Shown here one piece after another: positions 25,020 through 37,847 of a stretch of 64,000 nucleotides of DNA. The translations under genes and the position numbers were made by a program. The notes beneath the pieces were generated by a model, which worked only from the letters and a program-made list of their open reading frames with translations, searched no databases and was not told the DNA's origin. Position 1 is the stretch's first letter. Each line of letters opens with the position of its first letter. The stretch is from Lama glama (taxonomy: Eukaryota), in assembly GCA_028534125.1 (NCBI GenBank), contig CM052817.1, positions 54,128,001-54,192,000 of the forward strand, read 5' to 3'.

Positions 25020-25620
25020 CTTTATTGGCGTATCCAATTAGAACACGTGCACACGTGCGCGTGCACACCTGAATTACTGTTCAGGTAAGGCCGCCTCTTT
25101 CTCAGAAAGCGTCTCTGCCAAACCCCACTAACAACTCCCCGGAAATAAAAACAGACTGTCGGTAATAAAATAAAGTCTAACCATTTTTTTCCCCTTTTCC
25201 TTTCCATCGTGCTTACTCTTATTTTCACTTGCTCACAGAGCCGTGCAGACCGGAGCTCCTCGTGGGAAGCGCTGGGCGGACGCCGGACAGGGGCGCGTGC
25301 AGCAGCGCACCGCGGGACACTGCAAGATGGCGGCGGCCGGTGTGCAGAGACGCTGCGCGGGCGCCCAGCGAGCGCTGAAGTCCCGCGAGCTGCACGGCTG
25401 CGCCCGCCCCGCGAGAACTGCGCCCGCTCCCCGACCCGCTGACCAGATCCCTCTAAAGCAGCCCCTCCCAATGTCCGTCCCGGCGCGCGTGGCCTCCAGA
25501 GCACCAGCTGGCACCAATCCATGATCTGATCAGAGAATGAAGCCTTCCCATCCTTCTGAACCCAACTCAGTCTTGTTCTATTGGCCTGAACTACACAGGG
25601 CAGAAGGACCCGCCCCAAGG
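25020..25620 (-). promoter_or_regulatory. CpG-island promoter of an unidentified minus-strand gene
   Basis: CpG-dense block. YY1 motif CAAGATGGCGGC 25323-25334; GC box 25403-25410; CCAAT 25514-25518 and ATTGG 25580-25584; two 8/10 matches to TCTCGCGAGA (25381, 25407); tandem CACGTG near 25043-25057. Confidence 0.8.
25217..25350 (-). other. Probable non-coding first exon; TSS approximate
   Basis: Donor AGA|GTaagc (GT at 25216-25215) at the island edge. GC and CCAAT boxes lie at higher coordinates, i.e. upstream on the minus strand. Confidence 0.6.
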
Positions 25621-26737
25621 ACCTGACCCATGGACTGACTCAGGAAGGTCGGTGACAAAAGGAAAGAAGTTGGAAATTCTCTAAGAGAAGTGAATTATTT
25701 TAATTGATCATGTATTGTCCTTTTTAGGACCCTCCAGTTAGTCTTCTTATCCCAGAAAACACAGAAGGAAACACCATCTAGTTCCATGACTCTACTTATC
25801 TTCTCCACCTCAACTGAATCGCAAAGTAAAATTATTCTGATCAGAAAAAATTGTAAAGATGAAGATACTGTATGAATTTTAAGAATCAAACATATTTGAT
25901 GTATTTAAAACGCAGTATCAGTCTTCAGTGCAGTGGTTTCCTCCACAACAAATATACTAGATAGTACCTGCAGATTAAGACAGAATAAATCTTCAAGTGG
26001 TATATTTCATGCTATGTCTGTATTTTTCCAGAAAGGTAAATAATTTGATTTCTTCCTGCATCATTGCAGTATGATAAAATTATACTCTACAAACAAGTAC
26101 CCTCAAGTCAGAGCAATGCCAGTTTTGATACATTTCACCACACTTATTGTAAATGTAATTAAAAATCAAATCGCAATCTTTAAATGTAAAATTTCTATGA
26201 TAATCTAAAAAGAAAAAAGTTCCTTAAATTAAGTTCCTTAAATATATGAATTTATTGAAAAGTTTAAGTTTATATTAGGTTGCTGGAAGAAACAAAATTT
26301 CACCAATTTCTGAAAACAGTCACATCATTTACTAATCATCAGATAGATTCATTATACTAATTGATTTAGCTAAAAAATATTTTCTAGTGTTTAATAAATG
26401 CTAGATATTGTTCAAGGCCCTGTGAATACAGCAGTTATTAAGCCAGATACCAAATCTCATGGCATCTTATATTTTAGAGGGATAAAGGTAGAACTTGGGA
26501 GGCAGATAATAAACAGAAAATAATTAATAAAATTATCTAGTCTTCAGGGAATTAAAATAGGATGATGTGGTAAAGAGTAACTATTTTACTTTTTTGTCAA
26601 AGAAGGTCTCTACGAAGGTGACAAACTGAGGACTGCAAAGGAAATATTCACGTAAAAATGAGGAGGAACAATCAAGGCAGAGGGCATAACTAAGGCAAAG
26701 GCGCTAAAGTGAGAGCTTCATGGGTAAGGGGGGTGAG

Positions 26738-27651
26738 CAGAGGTGTGTTGATAAATGTTTAACAGGCTTTCTAGAAAAATACATGTGTATATAGAAATAT
26801 ACATTCAGTTTATTATAAATTTTACTGATATAAAAGATATATAACACACAATTTGCAAACAATAATAAAATATGCAATAGCCTATGTTGTAAATTCTATA
26901 TAGCCAATTGATTCTCACCGAATGCTGTCACTGACTTGCTGAACTCTTGTATCTGTAGCCAAAGTTAGGCTGTAACTAATACAACTGTAGTTCCTAAGTG
27001 AATGCTGATTGATATTTCTGTTTATTTTTATGGGCAAGATGAAAATAAAACAACAAAGACAAATGTTGAAACTTCACTATTTCCTGGGTAATGTGAGTAA
27101 TTTCTTTGCTATATTGCACAATAGTTTCTAAATTCTGGAATATCTCCTCGAATTTTTATGCCATTCATAATGTGACAGCTACACAGACACACTGTTAAAT
27201 CTACACTAATAATTTTCTCCAATACTTTCGTATGTCTAGATAATCAATGAAACATTAAGTAAGCCCTGATTTATAATGTTTTCCCATTTCTATGGTTAAA
27301 CACTCCCTCCAGAGTTGATCTGAAGCTATCAACACAACTTCACTGCACATGAAATTGGGATGAGAGGTGCAAAAGCAAACCATTATATAGTATTTTGATC
27401 ATATACATACAGTACACATGAAAAGACCCCCCCAAATATCTATATATTTTATAGATAATAGTAAAATGTAATAAAATGATAAGAAAGTGATGATCTTGGA
27501 GTATTTACTGCATTTGATTGTGATGTAATTTACTTAATTGTAAGATTATATAATATTTTTAATAGTTGGTTTTAACAACTGGCTTGCAAATTTTCTGAAA
27601 ATTTACCAGTTGCTTCCCACAGGTCCAAAGCAAGCTGACTCCAGCACGCTG
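26738..27651. mobile_element. hAT-Blackjack DNA transposon (MER63C-like), inserted in an L2
   Basis: Terminal inverted repeats cagaggtgtgttg / ccagcacgctg, MER63-type subterminal 'taaatgtttaaca', ~0.9 kb. Confidence 0.75.
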
Positions 27652-28199
27652 GTTCAATATGGATATAAAGTGACATAAATGAGGCTGCAGATGTAAACGG
27701 GGACATAGCAGGAAAGGGTTTTGTAAACCAATGAAGCGAGTTTTTATTTCACTGAAAGAATAAAGAAAAACCACTAGAGGGTAGAAATCATGAGAGAGAC
27801 ATGACTCATTTGTGTTTTAAAATGTTCCTTCTCAGTACTCTAGAGAATTGATTCCAAAAAGGAAAAACAGACGCAGGAAGAGCAGATAGAAGCTACTGTA
27901 AAAGCTTAGTTGAGAGAGAACAATGGCTTAGAAAAGGTTGTATTTGTTGCAATGATGTTTTAGAGGTAGCTCGACTAGACTAATTGATGGATTCAGGTGG
28001 AGGCAGCACAGCCCATAGATCAGATGTAGAAAACCCACATATCACATTCACAGCAACTCTTTTATATATATATATATATTAAATATTAAATAAATTAATT
28101 ATTAATAAATTAAATATATTAAATATTAAATATTAAAGGTAATGTAGTAGAATGGGGGACGTAAACAAAAACAAGAAATGAAAGAAGGCTTCAAGATTT

Positions 28200-29620
28200 C
28201 GGACTAGATGTTAACATGATTCACTTTATCAAATTCCCACAAATCAATCCAAATTCAATGAATTTTTAATCAAAATTCAATCATAAAATTTGGGAGGAAC
28301 TTGACAATCTATTTTTTAAAAATTTAACCCAATTTTGGAAAAGGAGTAAACAAGAGGGAGGTATTAAGAATACTGCAAAGCCATACTGGTATCCTGGATT
28401 AGATTCAGGCTAATGAACCAGTAAAAGAGAACAAAGAGTCTGAGTATATGGGAATTTGTTATACAGAAATAGCATCACAAACCACTGAAGAGAGCTTGCA
28501 TTATTTGTGACGTATATTTAAAATAAAAATGCCTAACTACAGCCAAAAGTGTTGTATTCCTAACTCATAACATAAAAACTTCAAGTTAATCTACTTGAAT
28601 TCTAAGAGTGATTCTAAATATTAATATTAATGACACTGGGTGAAGAATGGTTTCTGAAACACCTGCAAATCACAAACCAAAAGGGAGAAAATGGCATGTT
28701 CCGACTATATTTCAATGAATGATTCCTGCTCAAACTTATTTAAAGGGCAACAGAAAGGAAGAAGATATTTGCCCAAATGAAAATGGCAAAGGCTTCCGAT
28801 CAAGACTTCTTAACAACGTGGGGGAGGGGGGCAACCTAAGAGAAAAATACTGACTGTGAAGAGTCAATTTACAGAATCAACTACCCAATTGGTTAATTAG
28901 TATTGAAGAAGGATCTTCAGTCTCACTAGTAATCAGAGAAATGGAAATTAAAACAAGGGATGAGAAAACACTTAATATCTATCCAGTAGACAAAAATAAA
29001 AAAGCTGGCTTCTACCATTAAGCTTTGGTGAAGCTAAAAAGAAAGAAGAGTTCTGACCTGTTTGTTCAAGTGGAAACTGTTGCAGCCATTCTGAAGAGCA
29101 ACCTGTCAGTGCTTAGTGAAGTTAGTTTTTGCTATGTGTGTTATCTACTCTGGAAGGTATTCACAAGGTAACTCTCATACTGATCCACAAAGAGATATCT
29201 AAGGCAATGTTTGGCACATTGTTTTTGTAAAAAGTAGTAAAAGCATCCTCAGTATCCATCACTGGATAAGTAAAATGTGAACCACACATATGATGGACAA
29301 GGATGGGCAGACAGAATCACTAGAAGACTGGATGGGTAAAATGTGCTACATACATATGATGAAATGTGATACAGCAGTGGAATACTCAAATAATGAGTAT
29401 GATGTAGTTAGAATCACTAAACAAACATCATATCAATATGGAGTTCAGTAACAGCACTGAGTGAAAAAAAGTAATAAACAGATAAGATGAACAGCACAAT
29501 ACCACCTATGCATTTATGTGTATTAAAAACGTAAAACATTTTCTAATTTTTTAAGGATGTAAGTACATTTAAGTAAACTTAAAGTATGAGTGGAAGAGTA
29601 TATTAAATACACTAGAGAGG
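28200..29620 (+). mobile_element. Highly degraded old L1 (L1ME-like) ORF2/3' remnant
   Basis: 'ctcactagtaatcagagaaatggaaattaaaacaa', 'gcagccattctgaagagcaa'. No intact ORF. Confidence 0.6.
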
Positions 29621-29658
29621 GGAAAGAGAACAAGCTTGAGAAAGGAGGATGAAAGGTA

Positions 29659-30094
29659 TGTGTTAGTTTTCTATTGCTGCTGTTAACAGATTGCCACAAA
29701 CTAAGTGGCTTACAGCAACACAAATGTTATTATTCTACAGTTCTATAGGTCAGAAATTTGATGTGGTTCTCAATAGGCAAAAATTAAAAAGTCAGGAGGG
29801 CTGTGTTCCTTTCTGGAGCCACTAGGAGAGAATTCTAGTTTCTAGAGTTCCACTTTTTCCATTTCCAAAGCCAACAAATGTTGCATACTTTTGTGCCTTT
29901 CTTTCTTCCCTCTCCCTTTTGCCACCCACTTCCACTTTTGAGGATCCTTGTGCTTAAACTGGATCCCCCTACTGCAAGGTACTTAACTTAACCACACCTG
30001 CAAAGTCCTTTTTAACCTTCAAGGTAACCCATTCACAGGTTCCAGGGATTAGAATGAGGACTACCTCTGGGAGGCCATTATTCTCTCTGCCACA
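29659..30094 (-). mobile_element. ERVL-MaLR solo LTR (MLT1C/D-type)
   Basis: tgtgttagttttctattgctgctgttaacagattgccacaaactaagtggctta...ggaggccattattctctctgccaca. Confidence 0.85.
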
Positions 30095-31445
30095 GAGAAA
30101 GATAAAAATAAGTAAATAAAACAAAGATTGAACAAATTGGGAAAGTGATGATAGTGTGACACCCAATGAGGAATGAAATCAACTCAATTCTGTGTGCCTG
30201 AAGTCCTAAAATAGTGTAGGAAAAGGACTGGGGAGTTAGCTGTGTCAAATGATGCTGAGAAGTCAACTAAGATAAGGATAGAAGAAGCAAACACTGAACT
30301 TGGCAAAATGGAAATATTTGGTGACCTTAATCAAAGCAATCTGAGCACAGTGGAAGCAAAGAATGTAGAATTAAAGTGGATTGAGGAGAGAATGTGAGGT
30401 GAGGAAATGGTGATAAAACACAATGTCACTTCTATAAAATGTATTTGTAGTATACAAAAATCTCCTAATAGTAAAAATGAAATGCCACAAAATAGAGCAC
30501 ATAAATTATTCTATCTCTTAATGGAATATCATGCAAATGCAACTGTTGTAAACACTTTAAAAGAGCCAAAATCTTACAAAAAAAAAGAAAGATAAAAATT
30601 ATACTGTAATCACAACCACATGAATACATAGATATATAGACAAAATAGATAAAAAGATTTTAAAAATACACAAAACTCTGCACAGTGATTGCCTTTAGCA
30701 GGTTGATACATGATTTTTTTTTCTTTAAAAACTTCCTGTTTTCCCAATATTCTATTATGAACATGAATTATTTTTAATTCCTAGACATAATGTAAATGTT
30801 TAGACACAGTAATATCCCTCAAAATTGTCTTTGTTTGAACAACTAAAATCTAAACATAAATATTTTACTTAAAAATGTACATGTGTTTACAATAAAGAAA
30901 CTGTGAAACCTGTTTGGAAATGGAACTCATTTCATAACTGGCATCAGCCCATTACCTATGGGGAAGTCACTTGAAATTTCTCAGCCACTATATCCTCAAT
31001 TGTAAATAAGCGGATTGTGGATATAATCTTGAATGTTCCTTCCAAGTTTAAACATTTTATGAGAATATCCAGATTTGAATTGCATTCCTACTTTCATAGT
31101 CACCTTTTTTACATAAAAATCTACATAATTTACTTAGGTCAAAAATGATCAGAAAAAAGAAACTCCCTTAGAGTACTTCTGGTAATGAGAGTTTGTCAAG
31201 GTCCTGATGCATTTGTCACAATCGGACAGCAAGATATCATTAAATACTGTCACAAGCACAGGCAGACTGAAACAATTTTGAATGGTTTCAAAACTCAACC
31301 AGCGCTGCTACTGAAATGCTACTGTATGTATGTCTAAGGCTCAATATATCCATTTGCCTGGTTGGTTGCCTTTCTTTATAGATTATTTGGTTTGATAAGA
31401 GAGATGGGAAGGCCACACTTCCAGGCTCAAGGGAACTTTGGATAA

Positions 31446-31610
31446 TCATGTAGTTCTTTTAGCAGAGAGCTCCCTCTGGAAATGTGCAGAGGCACTGCTC
31501 TCCAGGTAATCCAGCTGAACAGAGCTCACGTTTATTCCTTCTGGCTCTCTTGGGAGCACTCTTCCACCTTCCAATGACAGCTTTTCTGTCAAGATGACTT
31601 TGGAGTTCAG
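31446..31610 (-). CDS. Weak candidate alternative terminal coding exon (54 aa + stop)
   Basis: Weak acceptor gctgccatctcatAG| then a phase-0 open frame LNSKVILTEKLSLEGGRVLPREPEG...SAKRTT*, phase-compatible with the 49.1-kb exon. Confidence 0.15.
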   Translation of the reverse strand: MNSKVILTEKLSLEGGRVLPREPEGINVSSVQLDYLESSASAHFQRELSAKRTT

Positions 31611-31757
31611 CTATGAGATGGCAGCAAATCCACCTTACTGAACAATATCAATGCTTCATTCCCAATCCTTTATTTATATTTCCTTAGACACATCAGCCTT
31701 CAAGCATGTAAGAATGGCAGGCCTGTGGGCATGGGATTTTAAGAAGAACCATTATAA

Positions 31758-32186
31758 TGTCTCGCTAAAAGAGTAAACTACATGTGACTTGCTCAGTTAG
31801 GGGAAAAAAAAAAAACCTACCAGAAGATAGCATCTGCTCTACCCTTGCCCTCACTAACAGCCAGCTGTTTTCAGTTATTCTCACCTGCTGGCCAGGTTCT
31901 CTCGGGACGAACTCTCACCAGGGGTGAAGCAAATAAAGACAGTCAAGACTGAGCAATCAAGCTGCTTCAGTATTTTTTGTTTTTTGCTCCTAGGCCATGA
32001 ACTCCTTCTGCCTACCTTGCCCTGGACCTTTCATTTCCTAGGACTCTCCAGGCTGCCAGCTTTCTGTGAACTTTGGAATGCTTCTCTGACTCTGTCTCTG
32101 ATAACAATGTACTTGCAAGTTCTGCTTACCAAGCCTCTGGGTCATTAAATCCCCAGCTCGGTCAGTCCAGCTGATCCTAATTACAT
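31758..32186 (+). mobile_element. Possible ancient solo LTR, family unclear
   Basis: TG start, attaaa near the 3' end, 'ctgatcctaattaca' terminus. Confidence 0.35.
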
Positions 32187-32594
32187 CATGAATAAAGGTG
32201 TGTGGCTAATTTTTTTTCCTTTTGGGGAATAGTTCACTTTTATCAAACGTAACCATTGTTAAAGTCTGGTGAGATTAATGTTGTATATTTTAACTTCTTT
32301 TCTATACACAAGGATGCCTCTTTCTGTCACTAATCAGTTATAATAATCAGTGGTGGATTTCCCATATGCACAGATGTGATCTTTTTTAAAACGTCCCTTT
32401 CAAATATCAACCTGGACATTCAGTTCAGGTTAATCTTTAAGCACAATGAATTCAAACTTCACAATTGTGCTGTATTCTCAGATCTCCTTCAAGATTTTAC
32501 TATATTTATCCAGTTTTAGGAATGTGTGTAAGAATTCTAATGTCTAAAACATCTGGAAAGTCTATTGTATTTCAGTTAGTATTAGTGAGGTAAT

Positions 32595-32810
32595 AGAGGT
32601 AAAGATTTCAGATTTTGTGGCAGATTGCCTGTGTTCAAAGCCTACTTCTGCCAGGTCTTTGGACCCGTCATTTAATTTCTTTGTGCCTCAATTTCTGTAT
32701 TTGTAAAATGAATAATAATAGTTCCTACACCATAGGTTGGTTATGAAGAGTAAATAAGTTAATACACAAAGTGCTTAAAAAAGTGCTTGGTACACAGCAC
32801 ATTTTTAATG
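32595..32810 (+). mobile_element. MIR SINE
   Basis: tttgtgcctcaatttctgtatttgtaaaatgaataataatagttcctac...aagtgcttaaaaaagtgcttggtacacag core. Confidence 0.8.
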
Positions 32811-34117
32811 AGTAAGGTATTACTACTGCTGTTATTCATCTGTATCTTCTTTTCACTGCAAGTATTAAACATAATTTCAATTTCATCATTAATAAGTTAT
32901 GTCTTAGAGGAGCCTTATCAGAAATGTGAGTGCAAAGCTATGCTTTAGAAATCCTAGTATTAGAAAATTCATGAATATGGATATTTCAAAAAATAGAATA
33001 TAGACAACCTAACCATTTGACATTAGACATGGCAAAGAAATAGCAGTGTTGTGATAGAGAGACTAATATCCAAAGAGCAAAGGAAGAGACCTCCAAAATT
33101 TATTGAGATTTTATTCAATGGTTCTTTGAGTCACTCAAGCTAGTAATTGTGAAACCAGTGAAGCTAGTTAAAACTGTGAAACCAATGAAGCTAGTGATGG
33201 AGAAAAAGAAATGCTTTCAGAGAGATTACAATGCCAAGAATTATAGTTTCCCAAGAACTTTACGTATCATCCAAGTCTAACCCGGTCCCATCATTTTCTC
33301 AAATGAGAATTCAGAAGCACACAGACCAGAGGTGCCGTCCTGAATCACATGGTTTAGAAGGAAATGAGTCAGAACTACAAACCAGACCACCCTGTCCTAC
33401 CCAGAGATTCCCATCCAGAGTCACAATGACCTCATATGTTTGAGATCTTAGGTTAAAACTGCCAAGGCTGCATGTTCACAAGCTTCATTATAGATACATT
33501 TTACTGACCAGATACCCCAAAGAGTAAAACATTTAATTCTGATTCTTAATTGGCCAGAAAAGTCCTCATCAATAACAAATTCTACCTACCTTCCTGCCGG
33601 TGTGCTTATTTTTGTTTTATGACAGATAGCTTTTCCCTAATTAAGTCTCCTTTCAGAACACAGAGATTATTCATTGTACCTTGAGAAAGCAAATCCCTTC
33701 TTCCTAGGAGCCCCATGTTCTTAATATCCTAAGGAACTGAGGCAAAGAAGCTGAACATAATCCAGTCCTCCTTTTCCAGCTGAGCTTTCATTTCATACTT
33801 CACTACAGTTTCTCTAATCCCCACTTTCTCTTTGGGTCACAGTGTATGCCAAACACACAGCATGCTTAAAATCCCTGCTGATCCATTGAGATGCTACACA
33901 GTGCATGACAGAGTTTGGCAAGCATGTGCATTGAGACCTTTTTTTTTTTTAACATCTAAATAAAACGGAGCTTATGTTACCATCAGTTTCACTCTGTTTT
34001 TGAGGCCACTAAATCTTGCTACTCCCAGGAATGCCCCTTCTTCAAACACGCATCATCCTAATTGGGATCTGACCAAACAGCTGGATTTACAATGAGGCAT
34101 TAACCGTTGGTTAATTC

Positions 34118-34120
<3 letters not shown>

Positions 34121-34193
<73 letters not shown>
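34121..34193. repeat. (AC)n microsatellite with one interruption
   Basis: Directly visible. Confidence 0.95.
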
Positions 34194-34196
<3 letters not shown>

Positions 34197-36123
34197 GCAT
34201 CCTGCAGGAACAAGACTTACAAATGAGTGCTTAAAGACTCATTTCTCACTCTGACCCCTGGGGTCAATGATGTCAGAGAAACTATTTCTGAAAAGAGCTC
34301 TAGAGTGGGAGTGAACAATCAGGACCAACAATAATGAGTAGTTCTTGAAGGTCACAGCTGTTGAGCAGCTAATTGTAACTTGAAAAGCTGAGTACCAAGT
34401 TATTAATGATCTTGCTGATAAACTTTTTTCCAACTCCAAGTCACACAAGCTTTTATTCTAACTTTGAAGATAAAGCAAGGGCTGCTGTGGCTATAAATGC
34501 AAGACTTTCCCCGTCTAGATGCAGCCATGCATATCTGACAGCCTCCCTTCCTAAACACTCAGTATAAACTGGTGACCTTTCTATAAATTGAGGTACGCCT
34601 TCTGATTCCAAGATCTCTCCTAAGGAAGGGGGTAGTCAACTCTGCCAAATATTTTGTTTTAGCTTGTTAACTATTTGGTATTATAAAACAGACTGAATAA
34701 AATCAAATAAGTAATTACTCGGAGGCTTAAAATGACCCTTTCCTTGTTTCATATATATTCATGTTGTAGAAAACACATCACCTTCATCTGAAACACAGAC
34801 ACTATATTACATACTTTCAAGTTAGGTTATGGGAGGTAGAAATAATACTTCCACAGGCTAACAAACAGTATACTAGAGGATAAAAAAGAACTGTCTGCTT
34901 TTCTTAAGAATTACTAAAAGCAAAGTAATGCAGACATGAGGAAACACAATATACTATTAGAAAATTAGAGAGCACATTGCACATGGAAATTCTATTCCAA
35001 CAGTTTATCCCCTAGCCCTCAATGATGATTTAAGTCAGGGTCACTCTGTTCTCTGCTTCATTTTACAATTTATCTATTGGCCTACCATTTCTTCCCAAGC
35101 AGGAGTTAAATCTCCAGATTCCTATTACTTAGCTAAACAGAGTCGTGCATTTACACACAGTAGGTTCATAATAAATGCTTTCTGCATGAAGGAAATGAAA
35201 TGCTTTAATTATAATGTCTTTCCAACTGGAGGGCTGTTCATTGCTCTCACCACAGCAAGCCACTAAGGTTCCTGAATGAACCCCTGAGGCTATCACAGAA
35301 TGATGCAAGGCACTCACCTTTCCTCCCCTCCACAACCCCAAAGGACTTAATGAGCAGTTTCTACAAAGCCCAGAAGCAAACAACTGAAATCTGAACTGCA
35401 GCCTGTTAGTATAACACAAGTTAAACTAAGAGAAAAACATGTCTCCTGCAGGGCAGAGGTGGAAGCAAAGCACCTAATTATTTTGGTGAGATTCAAGCCT
35501 GTGAAAGAACATGTGTGCAAACACACAGACTCATTTTTTTTATTTGCTTAATAGGCTCGTCAGTGATATGCCATACAAACATGCCAATATTTTATCAGCT
35601 ACCTCCTACTGTCACATATGGTAGTCTACTGATCACAAATGTTTTGCAATTTACCTTATAATTAATATACCGTTAAAGAAATATTTATTGGGTAAATATT
35701 ATGAGCCATAGATAATATTAAGAACTCTAGCAAATACATGATAAACAAAATAGTTAATTATCTCAATAATTTTATAATCAAGTAAGGAGGAAAAGGCACA
35801 TATATACATAACTATACTATGATAGTGTGATAGAATCTACCATGACATTTAAGTGCCAAGTGTCGCCATCACACCTATACTAATTCCTATAAACCACGAG
35901 TAATACACAGATCAGTACATTTCCATCACTCTTCCATCTCCATCCACCTACAAAAATGAGAAAGTTTCCACCAAGCCCAAATCATTTAATCACCCATCAA
36001 ATTTCTTGATTTTCAAAATTAAGGTGATACCACAGCAGGCTGATAGAACAATTTTTTCAGTGGTGTCAGATCAGCTAAGCCAGGATGTAGGGAAGTGTGA
36101 ATAACGAATGAATGTATTACCTC

Positions 36124-36669
36124 TGTTAAGCAGTTAGATAAGTGGGGGCACCAGGCAGAAAGGTGGAGGAGAGGGAGGATGGCCTGAAGAGGGCGTTATG
36201 CCCGCCTCCAGCACAAAGGGGCTTTACTTCTTCTGAGTGCCAGGAAGAAACCGGTTAGAACCCCACAGCCGCAACTGCTCGGTAGCAGAAAGGACTTAAT
36301 CAGACATGACCCAGTGCTCATTGTAATATAATTAACATTGCAGTTTAGGCCTTACCATGAGTCCTCTGTGTTAACCGTGGGTAAGGACATGCACAAAGGG
36401 GACAAACATGACTAAGCATTCCAGGGGCAAAAGCCATCAATCAGTCAAGAGACCACCTCTAAGCGAGGGTATAGAGAAGGGGCAAACAAAGACTATGGCT
36501 TTTTCCTCCCTTGGAGCAGTCGGCCTCTTGTTCCTGGAAGTGTACTTTTCCTTTTCTAAGTAAGTCCTTTAAAATCTTTCGATATACACTGCGCTGTCTC
36601 CTGTCTGTAATCTTATCTTTCGGGTAAGACAAGAACTGGGGTCTTTTCCCTTCCCCTTCTGGGGTAACA
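36124..36669 (+). mobile_element. Relatively young solo LTR (ERV1-like, 546 bp)
   Basis: Perfect inverted ends TGTTA...TAACA, flanks cctc/cttc (near 4-bp TSD), several CpGs retained. Confidence 0.75.
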
Positions 36670-37714
36670 CTTCTACCCAGTTCAAACTGGATAACAGTGT
36701 AAGTACAAAATTCCAAAAGGCAAACTCTATCTCCATATAGTCTGTGTTCACCAAACTCCATGCTGGGCCATAGCATTTTCTAGCCATGACAAAAACTAAA
36801 ATATGCAATGTTGCTTTAAAATGAAACAATTCAGATATCCATAAATTCTGTGAAGTTGTTTGTTTGTTTGTTTGTTTGTTTCTAAAGCAGGGAGCAAACC
36901 CAGTTAACTTATATGGTAAGATTTTTAGTTATCAGTCTTCAAAGTCCCCCAAAACAGGAATTAATCGATCAGCAAAAAAAAAAGTCGGAAATGCTATCCA
37001 GATTTTCTTTACTCCCCTTCTACATCTACACTAACTCTTCTGGGACAATTTATACATTTATGTGATTTCCTTTCTGTAGGTGATATCCAAATCTGTTGCT
37101 AAAGATCTGATTTACTTTAATTACCATTATTCTCAAAATCCCTACAGAACTGGCCAGGGACACCTGAAAATATATCACATTGAAAACTAAAATCATTATG
37201 TTCCTCAGAAACCAGTATTCCTTGCCAACTATTTAATTCAAAGTACAGATAAGGAATATAAGCATAGGTTGAACTCACAGCCATAAAATATTTTAAAAAC
37301 CACATATATTTCAAAACCTTTTATTTAATATACTCCATTTTTAAAGAAATTAATAAAAGTGCTTTTAGTGTTTCAGCTTTAAAGTCTATGGTCGCAATGT
37401 CTGAAATATTTTGCCCCAAGTATAAATTAAAACATTAATTTTGCACATTTCAAAGTAGTTAATGCATACATTTATATGAAACTTGCATTTAAATCCAGTT
37501 TTAATGGAAAAATGCACTTGTCTTCAGGGTAGTAGTCATATAAATAGACTCAATGGAGTAAAAGGCTTTATGTTTTTTCCTATAAATATGAAAGATTTTT
37601 GGATTTGGCAAGGACTTGACAAATAATAGCCAATCCACTAATTTTACAGATGGATATTACATAATTTACCTCAAATTTACATAGTTATACAAGTAGCAGA
37701 TGGCGGATTAATAC

Positions 37715-37847
37715 TAAGGTGACTATATACGTTATCACCCAAATCAGGACACTTTTGAGAATGTACGAGGACACTGTTAAGGATTACCGGAGGACAACCG
37801 TCATAAACTTGGTCTCTCTGGGGAAACCAGGACATATGGTTAGCCTA
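37715..37847. mobile_element. hAT-Blackjack MITE (MER94-like, 133 bp)
   Basis: Inverted ends taaggtgactata / tatggttagccta; internal ccaaatcaggacacttttgaga. Confidence 0.75.

Noticed and set aside
25022..25618. 198-aa minus-strand ORF and other overlapping ORFs in the CpG island
   Set aside because: Arg/Ala/Pro/Gly-rich frames are expected in GC-rich promoter DNA, and the ORF runs through a good splice donor into intronic sequence.
28060..28137. Pure A/T tract as a cruciform-forming palindrome
   Set aside because: Degenerate tattaaa tandem repeats rather than a true inverted repeat; ordinary low complexity.
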